Of a stretch of DNA of 64,000 bases, positions 1 through 9,534 are shown in pieces; position 1 is the first letter of the stretch, and every line of letters starts with the position of its first letter. A program made the position numbers and the translations under genes. The DNA comes from Alphaproteobacteria bacterium (GTDB taxonomy: Bacteria; Pseudomonadota; Alphaproteobacteria; UBA9219): positions 7,852 through 71,851 of the forward strand of contig JAGWIK010000010.1 of assembly GCA_028866275.1 (NCBI GenBank), in the 5' to 3' direction. Below the pieces are notes generated by a model, which worked only from the letters and a program-made list of their open reading frames with translations, was not told the DNA's origin and searched no databases.

Positions 1-568
1 GGCTGTCGTCGGTCAGTTCATAATGCAACCGCGCCAATGCCGCGCCGTTCAGTAATTGTTCGATGCAGCCTTTCTGGCCGCATCCGCAGGGCACAAGGCT
101 GCCATCCGACGGTTCATAATAGGGCAACGGCACATGGCCGATTTCGCACGCCGTGCCATTGGCGCCCGCGATCATCCTGCCGTTCACAACGAAACCGCCG
201 CCAACCCCCGTCCCGAGGATAAGGCCGAACACGGTATCATAACCCTGCCCCGCGCCGTCGATAGCCTCGGCCAGCGCGGCGCAGTTCGCGTCGTTGCCTA
301 ATCGAACCGGACGGCCGAATGCGCGCGCCAGATCCGCTGCGATATCTTTTCCCACAAGAAACGGCATATTGGCCGCACCGTTGGGAATGCCGACCCCAAT
401 GCTTCCCGGCCCCAAGGCATCCACAACCTTGCGGCACGCGGCAAGGAAAGACGGATAATCGGCAGGCGTCGCCGTTACGCTTTCGGCAACCTGTACGCCG
501 CCGTCATCAAATGCCGCGCCCGCGATTTTCGTGCCGCCGATATCCAGCCCTATCGCTATGCCCATCAT
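1..568 (-). CDS. ROK-family sugar kinase (glucokinase / N-acetylglucosamine kinase-like); C-terminal part lies beyond the window edge
   Basis: Absent from the ORF track because it runs off the window. My minus-strand translation from ATG at 568 reads MMGIAIGLDIGGTKIAGAAF...LILGTGVGGG...EIGHVPL...PCGCGQKGCIEQ. This gives the ROK DxGGT ATP motif and the CxCGxxGC zinc motif. ATGA start/stop overlap with the upstream RHH gene. Confidence 0.8.
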   Translation of the reverse strand, partial: MMGIAIGLDIGGTKIAGAAFDDGGVQVAESVTATPADYPSFLAACRKVVDALGPGSIGVGIPNGAANMPFLVGKDIAADLARAFGRPVRLGNDANCAALAEAIDGAGQGYDTVFGLILGTGVGGGFVVNGRMIAGANGTACEIGHVPLPYYEPSDGSLVPCGCGQKGCIEQLLNGAALARLHYELTDDS

Positions 569-762
569 TTACCTTTCAAATATTGCAACACGTAAAGCCG
601 CAATGCGCTGGACAGGTTGCCCGTACGGTCGGCATCGACGCGCGCGACGAGCTGATTAAGCGAAATTTTCTCGCGCGCCGCAATGGCTTTCAACTCGTCC
701 CAAAATTCGGGCTCCAGCGAAATGCTGGTCTGATGGTTGGCGATGCGGATCGAACGTTTCAT
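565..762 (-). CDS. Small ribbon-helix-helix domain protein (65 aa)
   Basis: ORF track protein MKRSIRIANHQTSISLEPEFWDELKAIAAREKISLNQLV... has a beta-strand/helix/helix pattern typical of RHH proteins often found next to fumC in alphaproteobacteria. It lies 1 nt after the fumC stop and overlaps the ROK start. Confidence 0.6.
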   Translation of the reverse strand: MKRSIRIANHQTSISLEPEFWDELKAIAAREKISLNQLVARVDADRTGNLSSALRLYVLQYLKGK

Positions 763-763
763 G

Positions 764-2158
764 TCAATCCAGCGGATGCACCATTTCCTCGGGCTTGATG
801 AACTGGTCGAATTTTTCCGCCGTCATCAGCCCCAGCGCTACCGCCGCTTCTTTTAATGTCGTGCCTTCATGATGCGCCTTCTTGGCGATCTTGGCGGCGT
901 TGTCATAACCGACATGCGGGTTCAGCGCGGTGACGAGCATCAGTGACTCGCCCACCAGTTTCTTAATGCGTGCGGTGTTGGCTTCGATGCCGACGACGCA
1001 ATTGTCGGTAAAGCTGCGCGCCGCATCACCCAGCAAGCGGATGGATTGCAGCACGTTATGAATGATGACGGGCTTGAAAACGTTCAATTCAAAATGCCCG
1101 TTCGACCCGGCAATCGTCACCGCAACATGGTTGCCCATGACCTGCGCCGCGACCATCGTCATCGCTTCGGACTGCGTCGGGTTGACCTTGCCCGGCATGA
1201 TCGACGAGCCGGGTTCGTTTTCCGGCAGCGAAATTTCACCGATGCCGCAGCGCGGGCCGGAGCCCAGCAAACGGATATCGTTGGCGATTTTCATAAAGCT
1301 GACGGCAATGGTGTTGAGCGCGCCCGACGCCTCCACCATCGCATCGTGGGTCGCCAGCGCCTCGAATTTGTTGGGCGCGGTGATGAAGGGCTTGCCGGTA
1401 ATGGCGGCCACTTCGGCGGCAAAAGCCTCGGCAAACCCCTTCTTGGCGTTCAGCCCCGTACCGACCGCCGTACCGCCCTGCGCCAGCGGGTACAAATGCG
1501 GCAATACGGATTTGGCCCGTTCGATGGATAATTTCAATTGATAGGCATAGCCGGAAAATTCCTGCCCCAACGTCAATGGCACAGCGTCCTGCAAATGGGT
1601 GCGGCCGATTTTGACGATATCGCGGAATTCCTCGGCCTTTTTCGCGACCGCCGCGTGGAAGTGTTCCAGCGCGGGAATCAGGAAATCGCTGATCTCCATG
1701 ACGGCGGCGATATGCATCGCCGTGGGGAAACTGTCGTTCGAGCTTTGCCCGCGATTGACATGATCATTGGGATGCACGGGGGTTTTGCTGCCCATCACGC
1801 CGCCCAGAATTTCAATGGCGCGGTTCGAAATAACTTCATTGGCATTCATATTGGTCTGCGTGCCAGACCCCGTTTGCCACACCACCAGTGGAAATTCGCT
1901 GTCCCACTTTCCAGCTGCAACTTCATCGGCTGCCTGCGCAACGGCCTCCCCGATTTGGGCGTCAAGCGCCCCCAGCTTGATATTGACCAGCGCTGCCGCT
2001 TTTTTCAAAACGCCCAGCGCACGGATCATCGGCACGGGCATGGTCTGGCCGCCGATTTTGAAATTCATCAGGCTGCGCGCCGTCTGCGCGCCCCAATAAT
2101 GGTCGGCAGGAACGTCGATAGGGCCAAAGGAGTCGGTTTCGGTGCGAATGGCGGTCAT
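764..2158 (-). CDS. fumC: Fumarate hydratase class II
   Basis: [17 protein letters not shown] signature and full-length similarity to class II fumarases. Start trimmed to [17 protein letters not shown] (ATG at 2158) rather than the ORF-track start at 2209. Confidence 0.95.
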   Translation of the reverse strand: MTAIRTETDSFGPIDVPADHYWGAQTARSLMNFKIGGQTMPVPMIRALGVLKKAAALVNIKLGALDAQIGEAVAQAADEVAAGKWDSEFPLVVWQTGSGTQTNMNANEVISNRAIEILGGVMGSKTPVHPNDHVNRGQSSNDSFPTAMHIAAVMEISDFLIPALEHFHAAVAKKAEEFRDIVKIGRTHLQDAVPLTLGQEFSGYAYQLKLSIERAKSVLPHLYPLAQGGTAVGTGLNAKKGFAEAFAAEVAAITGKPFITAPNKFEALATHDAMVEASGALNTIAVSFMKIANDIRLLGSGPRCGIGEISLPENEPGSSIMPGKVNPTQSEAMTMVAAQVMGNHVAVTIAGSNGHFELNVFKPVIIHNVLQSIRLLGDAARSFTDNCVVGIEANTARIKKLVGESLMLVTALNPHVGYDNAAKIAKKAHHEGTTLKEAAVALGLMTAEKFDQFIKPEEMVHPLD

Positions 2159-2252
2159 GGGAAATCTCTGAAGATGGTTGAAGTGAGGGGACAATACATC
2201 CATCGCCATTCAGGCGAAAGCTTGAATGACGATTTTTTTGGGCCGGGAAAAA

Positions 2253-2329
2253 TGGGGCGATCGACGGGACTTGAACCCGCGACAACTCGGACCACAACCG
2301 AGGGCTCTACCAACTGAGCTACGACCGCC
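2253..2329 (-). tRNA. tRNA-His (GUG) with genomically encoded G-1, C73 and CCA
   Basis: Minus strand reads G-GCGGTCG-TA-GCTC-AGTTGGTA-GAGC-C-CTCGG-TTGTGGT-CCGAG-TTGTC-GCGGG-TTCAAGT-CCCGT-CGATCGC-C-CCA. Cloverleaf folds by hand; anticodon GTG. Confidence 0.9.
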
Positions 2330-2471
2330 GTTATAGAAGGCATCACAAACAAAAACGCCCGGCCTTATAAAGCGCGGGCGGACATTTGGCAATGCTCAAT
2401 GTACCAAAAACATGCCGGCGGCATCCAAATCGCGGCACCTCCGACAGAGGTATATAAACAAAAACCCGCCA

Positions 2472-2513
2472 AATTTGTCAAGAGGTTAGAGAAGATTTGT
2501 CAAGCGGTTAGAG
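2472..2513 (+). promoter_or_regulatory. Two tandem copies of ATTTGTCAAG(A/C)GGTTAGAG (period 22 nt), ending 68 nt upstream of the glnA ATG; candidate regulator sites
   Basis: Direct reading: aatttgtcaagaggttagag (2472-2491) and gatttgtcaagcggttagag (2494-2513), 18/20 identical. The repeat is certain; its function is inferred only from position. Confidence 0.35.
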
Positions 2514-2581
2514 TTGTGTCAGGCTGCTTTCCCGCAGCGCACAAGCCCTGTAACATTTTTCGATGCAAAAGGACTTTCCCG

Positions 2582-3991
2582 ATGGCCAAAAGCAACGCCC
2601 TGACCGAGCTTCTCAAGAAAACCGGCGCGCAATATGTCGATTTACGTTTTACCGACCCGCGCGGCAAATTGCAGCATGTGACCCAGCATGTCGATACGAT
2701 TGATGATTCAGCGATCAAGGACGGTTTGATGTTCGACGGGTCGTCGATCGCCGGCTGGCAGGCAATCAACGAATCGGACATGATTCTGAAACTCGACACC
2801 GACACGGCGATTATGGACCCGTTTTATGCCGAGCCGACCGTCGCGGTGTATTGCGATATTTACGACCCCACCACGGGCGAGGCCTATGCGCGCTGCCCGC
2901 GGTCGATCGCCAAAAAGGCCGAAGCCTATCTGGTCAAATCGGGCATCGGCACACAGGCTTTTTTTGGCCCCGAAGCCGAATTTTTCGTGTTCGACGATGT
3001 GCGTTTTTCGACAGAGCCAACCAATACCTTCTTCAAGCTGGATTCGACCGAAAACCCGTCGAACAGCGGCAAAGAATATATGGAAGGCAATCTGGGCCAC
3101 CGCCCGCGCACCAAAGGCGGCTATTTCCCCGTCAATCCGGTCGACAGCGGGCAAGATCTGCGTTCCGAAATGGTGTCGGTCATTAAACAAATGGGCGTCG
3201 AAGTCGAAAAGCATCACCACGAAGTGGCGGCGGCGCAGCACGAACTCGGCATCAAATTCTCGACGCTGGTGAAATGCGGCGACAACATGCAGATCTACAA
3301 ATATGTCGTGCAGAATGTCGCGGCGATGTACGGCAAGACCGCGACCTTTATGCCTAAACCCGTGTTCGGCGACAACGGGTCGGGCATGCATGTGCATCAA
3401 TCCATCTGGAAAGGATCGACTCCAACCTTTGCGGGTAAGGAATATGCCGGCCTGTCGATGACGGCGTTGTATTACATCGGCGGCATCATCAAACACGCCA
3501 AGGCGTTGAACGCCATTACCAACCCGACCACCAACAGCTATAAGCGTCTGGTTCCAGGGTACGAAGCGCCGGTTTTGCTGGCCTATTCGGCGCGCAACCG
3601 GTCGGCGTCGTGCCGCATTCCTTTTGTCAACAACCCCAAGGGCAAACGCGTCGAAGTGCGTTTCCCCGATCCTTTGGCCACCCCCTATCTGGCCTATGCG
3701 GCCATGCTTATGGCCGGCATCGACGGCATCAAGAACAAAATCCATCCGGGCGACGCCGCGGACAAGGATTTGTACCATCTGCCTCCCAAAGAACTGGCCA
3801 AAATTCCGACCGTGGCCGGCTCGCTGGAAGAAGCGATCAAGGCGCTGGAAAAGGATCACGGCTTCCTGTTGCAGGGCGGCGTGTTCACCGAGAGCTTCAT
3901 CGACAGCTATCTGGATCTGAAACGCGAAGAATGGGATCGTTTCCGCATGACACCGCATCCCATCGAATTTGACATGTACTATTCGGCATAA
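2582..3991 (+). CDS. glnA: Glutamine synthetase type I
   Basis: 469-aa product [33 protein letters not shown]...; GS-I motifs ([31 protein letters not shown]). Start trimmed from 2399 to ATG at 2582. Confidence 0.95.
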   Translation: MAKSNALTELLKKTGAQYVDLRFTDPRGKLQHVTQHVDTIDDSAIKDGLMFDGSSIAGWQAINESDMILKLDTDTAIMDPFYAEPTVAVYCDIYDPTTGEAYARCPRSIAKKAEAYLVKSGIGTQAFFGPEAEFFVFDDVRFSTEPTNTFFKLDSTENPSNSGKEYMEGNLGHRPRTKGGYFPVNPVDSGQDLRSEMVSVIKQMGVEVEKHHHEVAAAQHELGIKFSTLVKCGDNMQIYKYVVQNVAAMYGKTATFMPKPVFGDNGSGMHVHQSIWKGSTPTFAGKEYAGLSMTALYYIGGIIKHAKALNAITNPTTNSYKRLVPGYEAPVLLAYSARNRSASCRIPFVNNPKGKRVEVRFPDPLATPYLAYAAMLMAGIDGIKNKIHPGDAADKDLYHLPPKELAKIPTVAGSLEEAIKALEKDHGFLLQGGVFTESFIDSYLDLKREEWDRFRMTPHPIEFDMYYSA

Positions 3992-4007
3992 TCAGGCCTG
4001 AACGGAA

Positions 4008-4057
4008 AACGCGGGCGACGTGGGTTGAAAAACTTACGTCGTTCGCGTTTTTTATTT
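4008..4057 (+). terminator. Rho-independent terminator of glnA
   Basis: AACGCGGGCGACGT ... ACGTCGTTCGCGTT forms a 14-bp stem (two G-T pairs) followed by TTTTTATTT. Confidence 0.75.
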
Positions 4058-4391
4058 GTCTTGTGGCAAAGAAACCCGATTGCCGCCCTTCCAGAATCAC
4101 ATTAAAAACGTTAACCATAACCTCTTTGTTTTGTTGCGGAATCGCAATATGTTTAGACAAACAGCCAACATGTGTGTTGCCAGCAAAACACAAAAACGGC
4201 ACGGGTCGGCAATTTTTGCCGACTTCGTTAAATAATTTTTCATAAAAAGCACCTTATTGTTTAACCAATTAGGCGGTGATTTGGCAATTTCCGCCAGAGT
4301 CGGTTAACTCACGACACTTGTCCAAGTGTCAAAGCGAAAAACAAGGCTCCATCCGGAGTTTTGGCATCAGGGATAGCGGGAGAGCGAGAAC

Positions 4392-6089
4392 GTGAACGCC
4401 TTTTTACAAACCCTGCGCAATCTAGGCCCGGCGCGACTGGCGGCAATCGCAATCGTTGGCATCAGCCTTCTGGCCATGCTCGGTTTCATCACCACCCACA
4501 TTTCGACATCTCCGCTGGCCCTGCTTTATACCGATCTCGACCAACAGGACAGCGCGTCCATCGCACAAAAACTCGACGCGATGAAAATCCCATATCAGGT
4601 TGACTCCAGCGGAACCCTTATCCGGGTTCCCGCCGACGAAGTGGGCAAAATCCGCATGATGATGGCGGGCGAAGGCCTGCCCAAAGGCGGCTCGGTCGGG
4701 TACGAAATTTTCGACCAGAAGGAAGGCTTCGGCACGACCAGCTTCGTGCAGAACATCAACCATCTGCGCGCGCTGGAAGGCGAATTGGCGCGCACGATCA
4801 GCTCTCTCGACCCTATTGAATCGGCGCGCGTCAATCTGGTGCTGCCGCAACGCGAATTATTCAGCACGGCAACGCAAACGGCGACCGCCAGCATTTTCCT
4901 GAAAATGCGCAACGGCGCGGTATTATCGCACGAACAGATTTCGGCCATCCAGAACCTGATCGCCGCCGCCGTGCCGCAATTACAACCGGATGAAGTTTCG
5001 ATTGTCGACGATCACGGCAATTTGCTGGCGCGCCCTTCGGGTTCCGGCGATGGCGCGAACGGCGGCAGCGACGACCGCGCCGACATCCGCGCGCAGTTCG
5101 AACAGGCGCAAGCACGAAAGATCGAAGATCTTCTGACCCAAACGCTGGGGTACGGCAAGGTGCGGGCGCAGGTGTCCGCCGACATGGATTTCGATCAGGT
5201 GACGACAAGCTCCGAAACCTTCGACCCCGACAGCCAGGTCGCGCGGTCGACGCAGACGACAAACGACACATCGACGACCAGTGACGGCGGCGGGTCGTCA
5301 GGCAGCGTGTCGGTCGCCAACAACCTGCCCGCCAACCCCCAGCAAATCGCGACCGGCGGCAGCGGCGGCGGCTCTACATCAGGCACAAAGACCAGCCACG
5401 ACGAAGAAACCACCAATTACGAAATCAACAGAACAATACGCAACCAGGTGCGCGAAGGCGGCGATGTCAAACGCATGTCGATCGCGGTTGTCGTCGACGG
5501 CACCTATAAAAAATCCGCGGACGGCAAAACAGAAACCTATGTGCCGCGCACGCCCGAAGAAATGGACAAAATCAAGAAACTCGTCCAATCGGCGGTCGAT
5601 TTCGAACCCAATCGCGGCGATACGCTGGAAGTCGACAACATGCAGTTCCAGCAGGGCGATCTGGATAAAGGCGTCAGCGCGGAATCCGACATGTTGATGG
5701 GCGTCCCGCGGGCCGATATTTTCCATGCTGCGGAAACTCTGATTCTGGCGTTGATCGGGTTGCTTGTCGTCTTGCTGGTCGTGCGTCCCATCCTGCGCAA
5801 GGTTCTGGAAAGCGCGGATTCCGTTTCCGGCGAACAACAGGCCTTGCTGGCCGGCGGCAGCTATGCATCCGGCATATCGCAACTGCCCGCGCCGGGCGGC
5901 GGCGGATCGATGGCCATTGAAAACGATGCCGGTGCAGCCGAAGCCGAATTTGAAAAAATGATCGATATTTCCCGGGTCGACGGCCGAGTCAAGGCATCGT
6001 CGCTGCGCAAGGTCGGCGAGATCGTCGACAAACACCCCGACGAAGCGATTTCGATCCTGCGTAACTGGATGTATCAGGAGAGCCGCTAA
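4392..6089 (+). CDS. fliF: Flagellar M-ring protein FliF
   Basis: 565 aa, GTG start. N-terminal TM segment, YscJ/FliF domain ([21 protein letters not shown]), Ser/Thr/Gly-rich spacer, C-terminal TM and FliG-binding tail (RNWM). Confidence 0.95.
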   Translation: MNAFLQTLRNLGPARLAAIAIVGISLLAMLGFITTHISTSPLALLYTDLDQQDSASIAQKLDAMKIPYQVDSSGTLIRVPADEVGKIRMMMAGEGLPKGGSVGYEIFDQKEGFGTTSFVQNINHLRALEGELARTISSLDPIESARVNLVLPQRELFSTATQTATASIFLKMRNGAVLSHEQISAIQNLIAAAVPQLQPDEVSIVDDHGNLLARPSGSGDGANGGSDDRADIRAQFEQAQARKIEDLLTQTLGYGKVRAQVSADMDFDQVTTSSETFDPDSQVARSTQTTNDTSTTSDGGGSSGSVSVANNLPANPQQIATGGSGGGSTSGTKTSHDEETTNYEINRTIRNQVREGGDVKRMSIAVVVDGTYKKSADGKTETYVPRTPEEMDKIKKLVQSAVDFEPNRGDTLEVDNMQFQQGDLDKGVSAESDMLMGVPRADIFHAAETLILALIGLLVVLLVVRPILRKVLESADSVSGEQQALLAGGSYASGISQLPAPGGGGSMAIENDAGAAEAEFEKMIDISRVDGRVKASSLRKVGEIVDKHPDEAISILRNWMYQESR

Positions 6090-7114
6090 TGGCCGCGCCG
6101 CGCATACGCGAAGACGTCAAATCGCTTTCCGGGCTGGAAAAGTCGGCCCTGTTCATTTTGTCGCTGGGCGAGGAATATGCCGCGCGCATTTTCGCCCATA
6201 TGAATGACGAAGAAATCAAGGATCTGTCCCAGGTCATGGCCAATCTGGGCAATGTCAGCTCAAATCTGGTCGAAAAACTATTCGTCGAGTTCGCCGAACA
6301 GATGTCGTCGGCCAGCGGCACGGTCGGCACGCTGGAATCCACGGAACGTTTGTTGATGAAGGTTCTGGACAAAAACCGCGTCAACAACATCATGGAAGAT
6401 ATCCGCGGCCCCGCCGGACGCACAATGTGGGACAAGCTGGCCAACGTCAACGAAGCCGTGCTGGCCGCCTATCTTAAAAACGAATATCCCCAGACCGTCG
6501 CCGTGGTCGTATCCAAGATCAAACCCGACCACGCCGCGCGCGTGCTGTCGCAATTGCCGGAAAGCTTCGCGCTGGAAGTCATCACGCGCATGCTGCGGAT
6601 GGAGTCCGTGCAAAAGGACGTGCTCGACGACATCGAACGCACCCTGCGCAACGAATTTATGAGCAATCTTGCCAAGACCAGCCGCCGCGACAGCCACGAA
6701 GCGATGGCGGAAATTTTCAACAACCTCGATCGCGCGGCCGAAGCCAAATTCATGACCGCGCTGGAAGAACGCAACCGCGACGCCGCGGAAAAGATCAAGA
6801 GCCTGATGTTCACCTTCGAAGACCTGTCCAAACTCGACGGCCAGTCTATTCAGGCGGTGCTGCGCGTCGCCGACAAGGCCAAACTTCCAACCGCGCTCAA
6901 GGGCGCATCGGAATCGATCAAGGAACTGTTCTTCTCGAATATGTCCGAACGCGCGGGCAAGCTGTTGCGCGAAGATATCGCGGCGTTGGGCCCCATTCGT
7001 TTGCGCGATGTCGAGGAGGCGCAAAGCCATCTGGTCGGCGTCGCCAAGGATCTGGCCGCCAAGGGCGAAATCGTGATTGCCAAGGAAACGGAGGAGGACG
7101 AACTTGTATACTGA
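6089..7114 (+). CDS. fliG: Flagellar motor switch protein FliG
   Basis: 341 aa, [23 protein letters not shown]...MFTFEDL; TAATG overlap with fliF. Confidence 0.95.
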   Translation: MAAPRIREDVKSLSGLEKSALFILSLGEEYAARIFAHMNDEEIKDLSQVMANLGNVSSNLVEKLFVEFAEQMSSASGTVGTLESTERLLMKVLDKNRVNNIMEDIRGPAGRTMWDKLANVNEAVLAAYLKNEYPQTVAVVVSKIKPDHAARVLSQLPESFALEVITRMLRMESVQKDVLDDIERTLRNEFMSNLAKTSRRDSHEAMAEIFNNLDRAAEAKFMTALEERNRDAAEKIKSLMFTFEDLSKLDGQSIQAVLRVADKAKLPTALKGASESIKELFFSNMSERAGKLLREDIAALGPIRLRDVEEAQSHLVGVAKDLAAKGEIVIAKETEEDELVY

Positions 7115-7145
7115 CGCCGCCACCGCCAAAAACGAAAGAAACGCC

Positions 7146-7781
7146 ATGTCAAACGATGCCGCGCCCAACGGCGCCGCGCCGAAGAAATTCATGTTCGACC
7201 TGTCGTTCGACGACGCCACCAACGTGCATCGCGCGCCCGAACGCAAACCCGTGCTGATGAAACCCGACCAGATCGACGCGCTGAAAAAAGAAAATTACGA
7301 TGCGGGTTTCGATGCGGGGAAAGTCGCGGGACATGATGCCCAAACGGCGGCGCTTGCTGAATCCGTGGAAAAGATCGCGCGTCATCTTAACGCGGCCATG
7401 AACGATATCGCGACGCTGCAACGCGACCGCGATACCCAGACCCGCCAGCTTGTCATGGCTATCGCCCGAAAACTTCTGCCGGATCTCGCCGCGCGCCACG
7501 GATTGCAGGAAATCGAATCCGTCATCGACGGCGCCATCCGCGACATGGGCCGGGAACCGCGCCTGGTTATTCGCGTGCATGAAAGCGAATTTGACGCTAT
7601 CGACGCCCGCGTTCAGGAAATCGCGGCGCGGCGCGCCTATGCGGGCAAACTGATCGTCATGGCCGACGCCGGAACCGCCGCGGGCGATTGCCGCGTCGAA
7701 TGGGCGGACGGCGGCGTCGAACGCAACACGCAGGCAGTGTGGACGGAGGTTGAAAAAACCGTCGCCCCCGCTCAAGAATAG
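7146..7781 (+). CDS. fliH: Flagellar assembly protein FliH
   Basis: 211 aa. C-terminal FliH-type region (REPRLVIRVHESEFDAI...GDCRVEWADGGVERN). Occupies the fliG-fliN position. Start trimmed to ATG at 7146. Confidence 0.75.
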   Translation: MSNDAAPNGAAPKKFMFDLSFDDATNVHRAPERKPVLMKPDQIDALKKENYDAGFDAGKVAGHDAQTAALAESVEKIARHLNAAMNDIATLQRDRDTQTRQLVMAIARKLLPDLAARHGLQEIESVIDGAIRDMGREPRLVIRVHESEFDAIDARVQEIAARRAYAGKLIVMADAGTAAGDCRVEWADGGVERNTQAVWTEVEKTVAPAQE

Positions 7782-7804
7782 ACCATCAAGGAACGGAGCA
7801 TATC

Positions 7805-8134
7805 ATGGCCGATGAAAAAGAATCCCTGACCCTGTCGGAACTGGAAGCCAGCGGCGGCGAAACCGTCAGCGCGCAGCAAATCAGCGTCAACGATCTGGAC
7901 GCCGTTTACGGCATTCCGGTCGAAGTGGCCGCCGTGCTCGGCAAAGCCGAAATGCAGGTCAGCCATTTGTTGAAACTGGGCCGCGGCGCCGTCATCGAAC
8001 TCGACCGCAAGGTCGGCGAAGCCATCGACATCTATGTCAACAACCGCCTTGTCGCGCGCGGCGAAGTGGTCGTGGTCGAAGACCGGCTCGGCATTACCAT
8101 GACGGAAATCATCAAGTCGGACAGGAATAGCTAA
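7805..8134 (+). CDS. fliN: Flagellar motor switch protein FliN
   Basis: 109 aa, SpoA/FliN domain VLGKAEMQVSHLLKLGRGAVIELDRKVGEAIDIYVNNRLVARGEVVVVEDRLGITMTEI. Confidence 0.93.
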   Translation: MADEKESLTLSELEASGGETVSAQQISVNDLDAVYGIPVEVAAVLGKAEMQVSHLLKLGRGAVIELDRKVGEAIDIYVNNRLVARGEVVVVEDRLGITMTEIIKSDRNS

Positions 8135-8144
8135 GGATTCAGGC

Positions 8145-9521
8145 ATGCGTTTACTTATCGTCGGACAACTCGAAGGCCCCCTCGCGACTGCGGGACGCAT
8201 TGCGACCCAGCGCGGAGCCAAAGTCGCCCACATCGACGGCATCGATGGCGCGCTTAACGCGCTGCGCAACGGTCAGGGCGCCGATCTTGTCATGTGCGAC
8301 GTCGTGCTGGATATCGGGCGGTTCATCGACAGCCTGAAGTCCGAACATATCAACGTCCCTGTGGTCGCCTGCGGCATCAACGCCAATACCGAAGCCGCCG
8401 TGCGCGCCATCCGCGCGGGCGCCAAGGAATATGTGCCTCTGCCTCCCGACGCGGAAATGATCGCCGCCGTTTTGCAAGCCGTCGCCGAGGAAGATGCGAC
8501 TTTTATCGCGCGCGACCCGTCGATGCAGCCCATCCTCCAGATGGTCGACCGCGTCGGCGGCAGCGACGCCAGCATTCTGATCACCGGCGAAAGCGGCACC
8601 GGCAAGGAAGTGATGGCGCACCACATTCATCGCAAAAGCCGTCGCGCCGCCGGCAATTTCGTGTCGGTCAATTGCGCGGCCATCCCCGACAATTTGCTGG
8701 AATCCGAATTGTTCGGACATGAAAAAGGCGCGTTCACGGGCGCGGTCGCGCGACGCATCGGCAAATTCGAAGAAGCCAATGGCGGCACATTACTGCTCGA
8801 CGAAATCAGCGAAATGGATATGCGCCTGCAAGCAAAACTGCTGCGCGCCATCCAGGAACGCGAAATCGACCGCGTCGGCGGCACGACGCCGGTCAAGATC
8901 GATATACGTCTGATCGCGACCTCGAACCGCGACTTGGAAGAAGAAGTCAAGGCCAAGCGTTTCCGCGAAGATTTGTATTTCCGCCTCAACGTCGTCAATT
9001 TGCAATTGCCGCCGTTGCGCCGCCGTCAGGCCGATATCGTTCCTCTGGCCGCTTATTTCGCCGAAAAATATGCCAAGGCAAACGGCATTCCTAACCGTCC
9101 GCTGTCGTCCGAAGCCGTCGCCGCGCTGCAGGCGCATCATTGGCGCGGCAATGTGCGCGAACTGGAAAACACGATGCATCGCGCGGTATTGTTGGCCCAA
9201 GGCGATAAAATAGATCCCAATGCCATTATGTTATCGGGCCAGTCCTTCGCGCCGGAAAAACCGTCTGCGGCGGAAATAGCGGCCCAGACCGCGGGCAGTT
9301 TCGCGCCGGCCTCGACCGGCGGGCTGGTGGGACGGACGGTGGCCGATGTCGAACGCGACCTGATCATCGACACGCTCAGCCATTGCCTGGGCAACCGCAC
9401 GCATGCCGCCAATATTCTGGGCATTTCCATCCGCACGCTGCGCAACAAGCTTAAACAATATAGCGACGAAGGCATCGCCGTCGCGGGCGGCGCAACAGAC
9501 GAAGACCGCGCTGTTTCTTAA
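8145..9521 (+). CDS. flbD: Sigma-54-dependent flagellar transcriptional activator (FlbD-type) with degenerate receiver domain
   Basis: Receiver-like N-terminus, AAA+ sigma-54 interaction domain (GESGTGKEV, ESELFGHEKGAFTGA, RxDLYFRLNV) and C-terminal Fis-type HTH (NRTHAANILGISIRTLRNKL). Same operon position as Caulobacter flbD. Confidence 0.9.
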   Translation: MRLLIVGQLEGPLATAGRIATQRGAKVAHIDGIDGALNALRNGQGADLVMCDVVLDIGRFIDSLKSEHINVPVVACGINANTEAAVRAIRAGAKEYVPLPPDAEMIAAVLQAVAEEDATFIARDPSMQPILQMVDRVGGSDASILITGESGTGKEVMAHHIHRKSRRAAGNFVSVNCAAIPDNLLESELFGHEKGAFTGAVARRIGKFEEANGGTLLLDEISEMDMRLQAKLLRAIQEREIDRVGGTTPVKIDIRLIATSNRDLEEEVKAKRFREDLYFRLNVVNLQLPPLRRRQADIVPLAAYFAEKYAKANGIPNRPLSSEAVAALQAHHWRGNVRELENTMHRAVLLAQGDKIDPNAIMLSGQSFAPEKPSAAEIAAQTAGSFAPASTGGLVGRTVADVERDLIIDTLSHCLGNRTHAANILGISIRTLRNKLKQYSDEGIAVAGGATDEDRAVS

Positions 9522-9534
9522 ATAAAAAACGTCA

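Noticed and set aside
2356-2380. A hairpin CGCCCG...CGGGCG with a T-run on the minus strand between the glnA leader and tRNA-His, considered as an orphan terminator or sRNA 3' end.
   Set aside because: It has only a 6-bp stem with a 13-nt loop, and no upstream minus-strand gene or promoter could be identified. This is too weak to call.
2708-3958. Long antisense ORFs opposite well-identified genes. They lie at 2708-3958 (glnA), 6278-7246 (fliG), 9231-10238 (flbD/flhA), 21365-22618 (hpnH), 35810-37018 (C-methyltransferase) and 59286-60707 (lpdA).
   Set aside because: In each case the opposite strand encodes a protein with unmistakable family motifs. The antisense products are low-complexity and Arg/Gly/Asp/His-rich. 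There is no independent support for overlapping genes.
4362-4377. A possible sigma-54 promoter, TGGCATcagggatAGC, just upstream of fliF.
   Set aside because: The GG-to-GC spacing is one nucleotide too long relative to TGGCAC-N5-TTGC, the -12 element is poor, and it would leave almost no leader before the GTG start.
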